Below are positions 39,704 through 51,923 of a DNA stretch of 64,000 nucleotides, piece after piece (positions within the stretch are counted from its first letter, which is position 1; the number at the start of each line of letters is the position of its first letter). Source of the stretch: Octopus sinensis (taxonomy: Eukaryota); NCBI RefSeq assembly GCF_006345805.1, contig NC_042998.1, positions 133,486,001 to 133,550,000 on the forward strand, given 5' to 3'. The notes beneath the pieces are model-generated. The model worked only from the letters and a program-made list of their open reading frames with translations, had not been told where the DNA came from and searched no databases. Both the position numbers and the translations under genes were made by a program.

Positions 39704-39737
<34 letters not shown>

Positions 39738-40076
39738 TCTCTCTCTTTATTTATTTATTTTTTTACTTTTCTGGAGGCTTGTTAGTAGATAGCAGGTAGT
39801 AGTAGTCCTAAAAGAATATTTGATATGAGTTCTTGGTTTTGATTGTTTTAGTAGCAGTAGCCGAGAAAGAAGAAAAAGCAGAAGAAGAGGGAGAGAAGAA
39901 GAAGTAAAAGATGAAGAAGAAGAAACATTATCATCAGCAGCAGCAGCAGCAGCCAGTACTGGTTAACTATTTTATTTATTACCCGAATATACATATACAT
40001 ACATACATACATACATACATACATACATACATACATACATACACATACAAACACACACACACACATACACACATAT

Positions 40077-40236
40077 GGGACGGATTTCTTACAGTTTCTA
40101 TCTACCGAATCCACTCAGAAGGCTGTGGTCGGCCCGAGGCTATAGTAGAAGTCACTTGCCCAAGGTGCGATGCAGTGAGGCTGAGCCCGGAACTATGTGT
40201 TTGGGAAGCAAGCATCTTACCACACAGTTACTCCTG
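40077..40236 (-). mobile_element. Family-A SINE, 5' half
   Basis: Similar to 19445-19607. Confidence 0.75.
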
Positions 40237-40574
40237 AACACACACACACGCATACACACACACGCATACACACACACGCATACACACATACATACACATA
40301 ATAATTTGATAAGCGAAACATACGTGTTTTCTTATTAGTTTCATGTGTTGAAAACATGCTAGATAGTATTTTTTAACACAGCTGGTTTCTCAGTGCAATC
40401 TTCTGATACTGGCCTGATAGCATAACAAGCTAAAACTCGGACGATAGGGTGAGAGAAAAAGCGAGAGAGAAGTAGGTATAAAAGGTGAAAGTTTGAAAAA
40501 CCGTAAAATAGAAAGGAAAAAGAAAGTATAAAGAAGTAAAAGGGTGGAATTGGCGCTATTTCCCTTTAGATCAT

Positions 40575-41715
40575 AGGTATCATAACACTTTACAAACTAA
40601 AATGAAATCTGAAATTAAAAAACTTTAGAAATTCTAAAAAGAAGTTGGTATTTTCTGATGAGACCAACAACCTGTGTGAAGTTACTAATGATCTATATAT
40701 GTTGCTAAATGACACCATTTCCACTAACTATAAGAAAGCTAACATAGACAGATACAATGATATTACTGACGAGGCTGAAATCCACGCCAAACATGGTAGA
40801 ATCGACGATAGATTGGAATGCTTAACAAAAAGGGAAGCTTTTACTACTTCAAAAGATTGTAAGCCTAATTTTCGTAATAAACCTATTTGTTGATTGTTAA
40901 ACCCAGCGAGGACTGAAATCGGGCTAATAGCAAAAAAAACACTAAGAAACATTAATAGTAAAAGTAAAGATACCACTAAGGCTACAACAATGGAATAACA
41001 GTTTTACTGTAATAGATTAGTTCAAGAACATTAAGAATAAGCATAGGGGTAAATTTACTCATTCCCACATTTTTATTCATTTATATCGAGATCGCTACTT
41101 GATAAAGACACCGAGTTTGCTAAATCATATCTTGATATAGACCCTGTAAACCTGGACTTTATAATGCATACAAAGAAAGCACTACTGTTTAGTAAGGCCC
41201 AGGATAGGTAAAAAAAGTCTAATAAGGATGAATTGTTTGACGTTTCAATGGGATCGTACGATAGTACTGATGTTTGCGATTTTGTGGGTTTCTTTGTTTT
41301 AAACAAATTAAGATCAAAGTAACTATCTCACGACGTTGGTCTATACTAAGACGATGGACTGAGTATTTCCCATGGCTGTGATGGTCACACCCTTGATAAA
41401 TTTAGGAGGCAAATTACCTCTACCTTCAGACAATTAAGACTTAAAATCACAGTCGGTACTAATCTGTCCAGATGATTTTTTAGATGTCTCCCTAGACCTA
41501 AACTCCTCCTCTTATAAACTTACCATAAGCCCAATGAAAAACTTTCCTATATACTTAAAGAGTTTTGTCACCTCACTTTAGTATCTAAAATCCTGATAGC
41601 TAACATTAGTAACGAATTATCTAACTTCACTTCCTCTAAAGAAATTTAGGAGAAGGCAGCCTCCTACTGCAACAATGCTCTGGACAATAGTGGCCTGAAA
41701 GATAAATTATTGTAT
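40575..41715 (+). mobile_element. Degenerate Penelope-like element, RT region
   Basis: VFSDETNNL, IDDRLECLTKREAFTTSKDCKPNFRNKPIC*LLNPARTEIGLI, FDVSMGSYDSTDVCDFVG, VGLY*DDGL and DFLDVSLDL. Confidence 0.85.
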
Positions 41716-41853
41716 ATCCCCTCTAATATAATTTGTTATTATGTAATATTTCATAATATTTAATTAATCAATTTATTTAATTATCTATATAATCTATTCA
41801 AATACTGTAGGAATCAAAAGTTTGTGATGATGAGATTCAAGGTTGGGCGAGGT

Positions 41854-42066
41854 TCAGTATTTAAATTTATTGAAAGTAAAATTACTTTGGTTTCTATACT
41901 TCACTCTACTTTCTCCGTATGTGTTTAGTAATTCGTCTCTAGACTGTAGCAGTTCCGTAAATTCTGTTATACATAATAAGCACATTTTACTCCCAATATT
42001 ATAAGAGTGGGCTCTACCTATTATACTCCAGCTAAGGGTGTACTCTCTTTTTCTAGACTTCAATTC

Positions 42067-42154
<88 letters not shown>

Positions 42155-44360
42155 TATATACTTAAACCTGTGGACTTACTTAAATTGTGATTTTTGAAAA
42201 TCTGGTAGCGTTGGGAGATTCTTTTTTAATTTCATTACCTGTGGATCCTATATATGCCTTATTTATATTTTTAGTATTATTGTTCTTACAGATTACTATA
42301 CATTTATAAATTACATTGTCAATATTACAATTATTAGAGAGCTTACATTTAGTCTTATCACGACATGAACAATTATCTATATGTGGATTATGACTTCTAT
42401 CACTAGCTGTTATAGTATATCTAGAGCTATTATTTATTGTGCTGTTCTAATAATTAATTTCTCGTTATTTATTGAGGAGATGATATTACCTTAACATTCC
42501 TCGATGTTAAGTAGCCTACTCTTATGGTTTTATTGGAAAATATGCTAAAATAAATGTAGTCCTTTTCCAAATAAACTTTTACAGTTTTTAGTAACTCCTT
42601 AATAATATTAGTCATCATTTGGGCCCCATATGGAATAATTAACCATATAATATCCTTTATATTTTTATATTATAATCATTACACACTATCGGTATCAGTG
42701 TGTTATTCGAAGGTATATTATATCTCCGCTTATATAATGTATTATGTTTCCTATTATTGATTATATTCCAATTATCAGTATTACTATTTTTATTATTGTA
42801 ATCATTGATAATAAATATATAGTTTTTATCCTTATTTAGTTTCTGATATTATCTTCTATTATTCATATTTATGCTGTTAGATTGAGTATTAGGATTATCT
42901 GTTGTATTAATAAGGTGATCGTAATGATTAAAGAATTTTATTTTAGAGTTATCTCGTGCTTCTTTTATTGCCTTATTATAATATGGGGCATGTCTATTAA
43001 AAGTGTCATAATCAGAGGGTAGCATAGATATTCTTTTGCCTATAATATCTATTAAAGCTTCGTTAACTGATCTAGGATGGTTACTAAGAGAACTAATGTA
43101 CATTAAATTTTCATGCAACTTATGGAATGGATGGATCTTATTAGCAATAAGATTAAGGTTGGCGTCTAGGTAATTTACAGCATATCGTTCATTCTCTATA
43201 GATATCCCTAGGCCAAAATTCTTAAAGAATTTATGCAATTTCTTCTTAAGGCATTCTAAGGACCTTCTAACACAGTTCCTGATTATAAGTAGTAGGTCGT
43301 CCCTAAAGAGACCGCCCTCAATATTCATAAATTCTCTTTCTAGATAGAATTTATAAAAGATATAATCCAATAAGATCGGTAACTTGGGCAGAATCAGATG
43401 CACCCATATTTATATCAAAACAATCTCTTGTGTCTTTTCTTGCCCATAGTTTTTCTTTATATTTTATACTAGATTTCCTCGCGGCTAATAATACTTTCAC
43501 TTCTTCGAATGACATATTTACTTTTCTCATGGCATATGATAGGGTTTATTTAGAACCACTTCATTGATAGATGAATAGTATCCTGAGTATTATTAACACA
43601 TTTGATAGTGTCACGGGTGCAATTCCAGAGTTTAAGATTACCTAACCTATTTAATTTATCTATATATTTATCTAATATTAATTTACTAAGTCTGCCTATG
43701 TCTGACTTGCTAGGCAGATCAGCCTTATTTGGGGGTTAGAATAAGAATTATCTTTATGGTATTTAATCGTTATTCTTGGATGCATCGGGACATATGGTTC
43801 AGTTCTATTCTCAGTACCATATTTAACCATGATTTTTTTGAGATTATGTTAATATTATCTAAATAGTTTTTGTTAACTACTTTATATTTGTTTTATTATT
43901 TCCTTTTCTTGTAGATTATCATAAAGAGGTGTATCAAGTTCCTGGTTTTATCAGATTGAGCTATAATTCTATCCTGGTTCTTTAATTTTTCAATTTTTCT
44001 AGCCAAGTTGCTGAGGTGCTTGTTGTGTCTCTTAGGGTATTTCTTGAATTTGATATTTTTCACTATATTCCATATTTTCTCCTCGAAGTCATGTAGAGTT
44101 CTATTACTGGGAGGTTCCTGTTTAGATTTGAAGTTTCTTCTTATGTAGTCTGTTTCTTCTATGATGTTAACATTATTCTTATTAAGATTTTTGTCATTGT
44201 GGTAGTAAGCCTTCCATTTAATTCTATTTATAAAGTGTTTTAGCTGATTAATCAGGTCCTGTGGATATTCTTTCATGCAGGGAATAGGTATATCCTTCAA
44301 AAATGAATTCCACTCTATCGCCACAGTCCTAACTGATAGATCAATTTCTGACATATATAG
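41854..44360 (-). mobile_element. Near full-length but degenerate Penelope-like element (N-terminus, RT, GIY-YIG)
   Basis: FINRIKWKAYY...FKS..EPP...FEEKIWNIVKNIKF; AQSDKTRNL; GLFRDDLL; VNYLDANLNL; YISSLSNHP; CSCRDKTKC...NVIYKC...AYIGSTGNEIKKRI; WSIIGRAHSY...MCLLC. Confidence 0.9.
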
Positions 44361-44408
44361 GAAGTACTAATGGCAGAACCAATTGTATGAGTTATTATTT
44401 TTGAATAA

Positions 44409-44872
44409 TGTGAGAAAACGAATTTCTAAATCGATCAGATACACACCCTTTAGAATTACATGCATTTTAATATGGAGAATATATACCTTGTATTCCACTT
44501 CAGCATATCGTGCTGTGGGGTCATGATTATAATATATTTATATAGAAATATGCAAAATATATAATAATAGAAATTATTCTCAAGTGTAAATTTTTATGTG
44601 CATATAAATAACACGAGTTTTTCATCATAAATGCTCGTTATGCATTATCTGAAATGGAATACTCACAAATCTATTGATTGAAATCCCAATAGCTGAACTA
44701 TTATTAATTTCTATTACTATATACTTTGTATATTTCTATATAAATATGTATAAATATATTATAATAATGACCCCCACTGCACGATATGCTGATGTGGAAT
44801 AAACGGTATATATTCTCCATATTGATGCTAAAGGGTATGTACCTGATCGATCTTGGAATTCATTTTCGCACA
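44409..44872. mobile_element. Foldback/MITE-like element with ~165-bp inverted arms
   Basis: 44409-44576 is approximately the reverse complement of 44705-44872 (e.g. cagcatatcgtgc / gcacgatatgctg). Confidence 0.7.
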
Positions 44873-44877
44873 CAATT

Positions 44878-44971
<94 letters not shown>

Positions 44972-46222
44972 CCACACACATATGTATATGCTTATATATA
45001 CACACACTCACACATAATGATGACGAGCGTGATGCCTAGTCACTGCAACCAATACCTTCACCGTCCGTTTGTGGTTGTAAGGTACTAAGGGGTTTGAGTC
45101 GCGATTCAGGCTTGCGAAAAAACAAAACGGAACAAACAAAAATTAAAGGAAAATATGAAAACAAATAAAGGAAAAGGAGCATGATATATTATCAATGCAT
45201 AAAATTTGGTAATGGGAAATGTTTGTGCGATGCAAGTGCCACTTTCGAAATATTTGGAGCTGTTAAATGAGCAACAAGTGCCAGCACCCACGCGCGCGCA
45301 CACGCAGAGATACACTCACACTCATTAACACACACATACATACACACGCAAACACCCATAAAAATACAGAGACTACAAACATCACAGCTTTCAATTAAGG
45401 CTATCTGTCTTTCACATGCATTTATATACTCATATAAACATGCATGTACGTAGACATCCTCATATACACCCTGCTGGATGGTTGTTAATTTTCCTGAGTT
45501 CATTCACCTCGTGACAGGCTTTCTTCTATCCCGCAGTGTTTCTAATTATTGACTTCCTCACTAAGAAGGTTTTGGCATGGTTGCTGCTTTAGTCACCGAC
45601 TGTCCGACAATACACGGGATGCATTGGATTACATGATTGCCAGCAACAGGTTTCTGGTTTTTCAGATTTCCGTCAATATATATATATGTGTGTATGTTTG
45701 TGTGTGTGTGTGTGTGTAATGTATATATGTATATATACATATGAGAGAAAGAGAGTAGAAAGAGGGAGTGTGTGTGTGTATGCGGGTGTAGTACTCGTCA
45801 GTAAAAACATGTTCAGCTATAAATCTGAGATATCGCAGTAATATCACCCTTTCATAGGTTAAATATTTCATAAAACACACACCTGAAAATACGTACAAGA
45901 ATTACTGAGAACGCGTGATTATTCACAACTGAAAGATAAACAATTATAAGGTTGTTTTTAATAGGACAAACAGAAAATATTTCCTTTTAAAAGAAAACCC
46001 AAATTGTTGGGTATCGCATATCAAGATACCCAAGAACTGCTAGTAGAGTTAGCAAGCCTCTAATTCAAAAGCCACAACACAAGAATAGGAGTGAAATCTT
46101 GGAGATTATACTGTAAACTCACTCCTATCTGGCACCACTGGGGTGGGAGGATTGCCAGATAATTGAATTTTCCGGATATCTTTTCAATATGCTTTCAAAT
46201 ACCATAGCACCTTCAAAACTCA

Positions 46223-46262
<40 letters not shown>

Positions 46263-46436
46263 TATATATAATAGTTATCGCCATACTAATATGGCATTCT
46301 TATAAAAATAAGAATAAAGCTGTCCGCTTATTAGCTCCATGAGGCCATCGCCTTAAGTTAGCTATTTGATACACAAACTGTATCCATATAACCTTCGAAC
46401 AAGGGAGGTCAGTCGCTCCACACTACTTGACCGGCA

Positions 46437-46478
46437 GCTACAGACGCGTTTCGGGGTATTGCCCCTTTTCAATGCAGC
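46437..46478 (-). ncRNA. Minimal type I hammerhead, U3-A8 core variant
   Basis: Minus strand reads gctgca-TTGAAAA-gggg caata cccc-GAAA-CGCG-TC-tgtagc. Confidence 0.7.
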
Positions 46479-46799
46479 GTAGCCAGACCAGTAGGTGTCG
46501 CTTCTGACAATCTCTGTTCGAAGGTTTTATTTACCTAGCTTCGGTGGAATACATCCACTTGTTTTCAATAATAGAAATATTAAAATTACTAAGTCTCTCT
46601 AAAAGAGAACAACGGCAGCGTTCCCGGAAAATAATAGTTATCGCCATAATAATATGGCATTCTTATAAAAATAAGAATAAAGCTGTCCGCTTATTAGCTC
46701 CATGAGGCCATCGCCTTAAGTTAACTATTTGATACACAAACTGTATCCATATAACCTTCGAACAAGGGAGGTCAGTCGCTCCACACTACTTGACCGGCA

Positions 46800-46841
46800 G
46801 CTACAGACGCGTTTCGGGGTATTGCCCCTTTTCAATGCAGC
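46800..46841 (-). ncRNA. Minimal type I hammerhead, U3-A8 core variant (second copy)
   Basis: Identical to 46437-46478, offset by 363 bp. Confidence 0.7.
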
Positions 46842-46989
46842 GTAGCCAGACCAGTAGGTGTCGCTTCTGACAATCTCTGTTAGAAGGTTTTATTTACCTA
46901 GCTTCGGTGGAATACATCCACTTGTTTTCAATAATAGAAATATTAAAATTACTAATATGTTAAAATATAACCTTGTTCGAAGGTTATAT

Positions 46990-47027
<38 letters not shown>

Positions 47028-47042
47028 TTACTTACTTGTACT

Positions 47043-47432
47043 TGTGGAGACATTCACCCTGGGCGGGTTGAGTCGGTTTCTTCTACCACCCTCGAGGCAT
47101 CTCGAACCATGGTAATGTAAGAAGTTTCGTGTGAATATGAATTTCATAAGCCGTCCCCAACAATCCCGCATGTAGAGACATCCTGTTTGCCGCAGATTGT
47201 CCGCAGACGCAGGGTCAGAACGACGAGGAGCCGCCGGATGCCGAAACAGAGACTCCGAGGATTTTCAACAGAGCGCCATCTGCCGGGTTGTGGCCCTAAT
47301 ACCACTCGGTGTCAGACCAATCCACCTTAGGTGGCCATACCAGGAACCGAAGTTCCCGACAGCATAGCTCTGACACTACCCGTTGGCAGCGTCCCCACCA
47401 CGGTGAGGAGGGGATGGACTTTGGGGACGCTA
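47043..47432. repeat. GC-rich ~390-bp interspersed element (possible solo LTR) between (TA)n runs
   Basis: Abrupt GC/CpG-rich block starting TGTGGAGAC and ending GGGGACGCTA, with a terminal hairpin at 47389-47430. Confidence 0.35.
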
Positions 47433-47436
47433 TATA

Positions 47437-47467
<31 letters not shown>

Positions 47468-48369
47468 GCATTATTGAAATATAATTTTAGTAAATAAGTT
47501 TTAGTAACCCAATAAAATACACGTAGAGTAAATGTAGTAAAACAAAATATTGTATTGAATTTTGGAACGCAAGTATCTATTTTACATACGTTTGAAATTG
47601 TTTTCCTTTTAATAAAAGATAATTAATTAACACAAATTACACATATAAACTTGGTGTACATAACATTTAAAATAAGTCCTAGTTGCTTGAGTGTTTCAGT
47701 TAATGGAGTAGCGGATAAAGGAGAGCTTATTGTGCATTTTTGATTGTATTAAGAAGAAAAGGTTTCTGCTCTTATATCCAGTGCCAAAAAGAGAGTCTAT
47801 ACTAAACATTTACACCTAAATACTATTCCCTAAACACATGACTAAATATGAAATATCCTAACAAGTGAAGAAATGTTGTTTCCACTTAAGAGGAAAATAT
47901 TTTTCTGTTTTTTCTGATGAAGAAACTTTGCCAGTTATGTATGTTTTCAGTTATGAATTAACACAGATACTGTGTGTACCTGTCTACATAATGTTACATG
48001 TAAATCACATAATGTGGGATAAAATATAAAGTGAAAATATCAGTGACATATCAAATTTATCTATCGGGTATTTTTTTTCTCCCACATTTTCTCATTGCAG
48101 TTCAGAACTAGCTTTAGGGCAAATCAAATAATCATGACACACGGTATAATGACAAAATGCATTAGGTTTATAAATATATTTATACACTAGATAATGTACT
48201 GACAGCTTGATATATATATACAAAGATAGAGGAGGAGAGAGATACGTAATATACAGGGTGCATAAGATATTTGAGGATAGATTTATGTTTATAAGAAAAC
48301 ACATATATAACAGATAACTTTTTTTTATCAAAAATGCTATGAGGATAAAAATAAATCTTCTCTATAATG

Positions 48370-49408
48370 TTATTCAATAGAGAAACATTCAGCTTCAACA
48401 AGTGCTTCTATATGAGATCTAAATTATCTACATGTTCGAATCAATTGGTCCTGGTTCATTTTGGACATTACTCTGACTGTGACAGCTTTCAAACAATCTT
48501 TATGTTATGGGCGTGTTTATTGGCCTGCCTCTCAAAAACGCTCTACAATAGTCCAAAGGATTGAGATCTGAGGAATTAGGAGGCCAAATGTTAGAGGTTA
48601 TGTGATCATAAAAGTCTTCAGCCATCCATTCCTGAGTTACTAGTGACATGTGCGATAGTGCAGAGTCTTACTGATACACATATGGCGTTCTATTCCATAT
48701 AGTGTCTATCCAGTGCTTAACAGTTATTTCTAGGACCTCAGTGTAGGAGACAAAGTTAATTCTAAGGCTTTGTGAAAAGAAGGAGGCATCACATATTCTA
48801 CATTGCTGACAATCCCTAAAACCATGATAGATGCAGGAAATTGTGTATGCATAACACTTGGAACTTCAGAAGGGTCAGCACATAACCATCTGCCATTTCT
48901 TCTGTTAACATTTTGATTTTGGTCGAAGCTTTTCTCGTTTGAGAAAAACCAAATCATATGTTCCTCTGCTGGATTTTTCAGTTTGTTCAAAAACCTTTTA
49001 GATCTGTTGTAGTGATTATCTTTTGCTTTTTCTGACAAATTGACCTTTCCTCATCATGTAAGACTTATATCTGATGTCTTTGTGGACAACATTTCTGACT
49101 GTTCCTTCTAATACATGGAGATTTTTTACAATTGACCACATGGACTTTTTGAGATTGAAATCAATGGTCTGTTGAACTTGCTGGATAAATGCAAGTGTTC
49201 TAATGATTTCAGAGCATTTAGAATGCTTTTTGTGCTTTGAAACAGGTGATATGTTTCCACCCTCAGTCTCTTGCTCCTTACAAAGTTTGTAGACGAAAAA
49301 TCTGGCAACTTTTAATAATCGCGATATTTCTAAATCGCTATGCTTATCCTTTATAATCACAATAACAACATGCCTCTTCATTTCATGAGTAAGCTGAGGG
49401 TCTGTCAT
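48370..49408 (-). pseudogene. Tc1/mariner DD37D (maT-like) transposase fossil
   Basis: WFFSNEKSF, VMHTQFPASIMVLGIVS, VYQ*DSALSH and IWPPNSSDLNPLD. I count 37 residues between the second and third catalytic Asp. A TA-CAGGGTG terminus lies at 48252-48260. Confidence 0.85.
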
Positions 49409-50229
49409 TATTAGTTTTTGAAATAAAGATTATACAGGAAATACCCAAAAATAGTATATTCTAAAAAAATCTTTCGCGCCGTGTACATACACACACGCGG
49501 ATACACTCACACACCACACACAGACACGTAAACATATAAAGGTTTATTATATATTTTGCAGCGTACGTGCATAATAACTTCTTTATGTTTATCATATCAC
49601 CACCCCTGCACGATGTCTTTAAACTTTTTTCTTTCCTTCGCCATTGCTTCGTTGCCAAATTGTTTTGGCGCCTTTTTCTCCCAGCCTCTCTCATTCCTTC
49701 TCTCCCTCTCCCTCTTGGTCACTGCTTCTTCTCTGATTCCTTCTCTCCCTCTCTCTTTTGGTCACTGCTTTTGTCCTCGCCTTCCACCCTCCCTGGTCCC
49801 CTCTCTCTCTTACCCCCTTCTCTCTCTTACCCTCTTGCGACTTGCTGCCTCAGCCATTCTGTTGCCATCGGCCGCTTGTTCAACATGTGTCTCAACACCG
49901 AAAAGGTGATTATTTTTCCACGCTTGCCGATATTGTTTTTGTGTCTCCTTTTGTCTCAAAGCCGTAGGGCGCCTGTGTCATCCATGTTTTTAACCGTTAC
50001 TGTCTCCCAAAAAGTTTTTTTCGTTTCATGTTCGTCTCTGTTGCGTTGCATTCTTTCCTTCTGTGGCTGGCTGATTCAGAGCGGATCTCAGAATAAAACA
50101 GCCGAAATCTGCGATGAGGAATCAGTTTCTGACTGAAGAACGAAGGCTTTGAATGACCCGTTTGTCTTTTATGTTTGTCCCTTCGTGTATTTCACGTTAT
50201 TTATTTATGTAAAGGTTTATTATATATAT

Positions 50230-50282
<53 letters not shown>

Positions 50283-50629
50283 GTATGTATGTACATATAT
50301 ATACACACATATTTATGTATGCGTGTACACACACACACACACATATATATATAGGTTAAAAAGGAACACACGAATTGACGGGTATAAGGGAAATAAGAGA
50401 AAGTAGAAAATGTATCGGTTTCAGTCTTTGCGACTTTTTAACTTATAAAGCCTGAAAAACAATTGAGTTGTAGAAAAATTAAATGAAATGTTTTTTTTTT
50501 TAATATTTCCATTGTTTTAAATACAATGAACATTTTCCTTTTTTTCTGTCTGTCTCTCTTTTTGACTCTTGTGAAGGCTTGGTAGAAGGTAGCAGGTAGT
50601 AGTAGTCCTAAAAGGATACCCACCATCAC

Positions 50630-51320
50630 TAATTGATATAGGCTATCAACGTGCCCCACAACTCAACATCCACGAACGCAGATATACCAAACTAAAGAAG
50701 GATTTACAACCAAAAGCCCTACCATACAACTCCACGCACAACCTTCTTAACAATGAAGCCTTCGACAACATCCTCTAGAACATTCCCTTACTAAACAGGG
50801 ACCACAGAATGAACTTAATCCTCCAAACGCACACCATCATGAATAGCAAAAGACAAACCCAAATCTATGTAAAGTTTCCTAACAGAAGCCCAAGTACACT
50901 CGACAACAACACTTAAACCGTCAGTTAAAAAAAATGCGGAAGTCCTAACTGTGGTATATGCGTCAGCCTAATTGAGGGATCGAAGTTCTCTTTCAAATAG
51001 GACCAACTTTTTACAGTGAAAAAACAACTTCACATGTGCTTCAGAAATCCTAATAGGTGTTTTAACTTGCTCAGGGTGTCGAGAGCAATACATAACCAAA
51101 CCAAAAACGGTTTACGTCAAAGGATGACTCTATATAGATCCCATATCAAAATTCCGATGTACAGAAAAAGTGCATTCAGCAAACACCTCGACATTTGCGC
51201 CACGAACGAAAGAACCCAGATTCAGAATTTTTCCACTCTATAAATTAAGAGACGATGCAAGCCTACAATCAGCGCATTAGCAAAGATTCATATTTCATCA
51301 CAAAACCCCTTTTGAATGCA
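50630..51320 (+). mobile_element. Degenerate Penelope-like element 3' fragment (GIY-YIG endonuclease)
   Basis: CGSPNCGICVSL...FTCASE.LIGVLTCSGCREQYI.QTKNGLRQRMTLYRSHI...FSKHLDIC (with frameshifts). Confidence 0.8.
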
Positions 51321-51872
51321 TCACCACAAATGATACTACTACAAGGGCCTTAGAATAATATCCACGCAAATATTAAAAACGATTTATTCAGAACAGTCAC
51401 TACTCATGAATTTATTTATCAGAACCATTCCAATCACTAATATTACAACCACAACGGGTCACTTTTATGTCACTTGATCATTTGAAAGGATTCCACCAAC
51501 ATCCTACCACAGTCATACCACTCCCGCATTTTTCTTATTCTTTCTCTTCTTTTCCTACTCTCTTCTTCTCCTTCTTCTTCTTCTCCTTCTTCTTTTTCTT
51601 CTTCCTCCCTTACTCCTATATCCGTTTTTTTTCTGCATTCTTTGAACGAAATTGGCTGTGTTCAGATCTGAAGTGGGAGAGGTTCCGCTATGTTAAAAGG
51701 CCTACGACACACTGTAGGACTCCAGTAGGCAATGAAGACCAAAAGACACTCGTACACAGATTGGTTTTAAGTTGTTGTTGTTGTGTGCCTGTGTATTTGT
51801 GTGTGTGTGTGTATGTTTGTGTGTGTGTCTATGCACCTGTGTAAGTATATATATATATATACTCACACGACA

Positions 51873-51923
<51 letters not shown>

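Larger units (their letters stand above)
46268..46991 (-). mobile_element. 363-bp-period tandem repeat with one hammerhead per copy and a short inverted tail (retrozyme/pLTR-like), flanked by (TA)n
   Basis: 46268-46592 is nearly identical to 46631-46955. ccttgttcgaaggttatatggata (from 46971) is the reverse complement of internal tatccatataaccttcgaacaagg. Confidence 0.8.
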
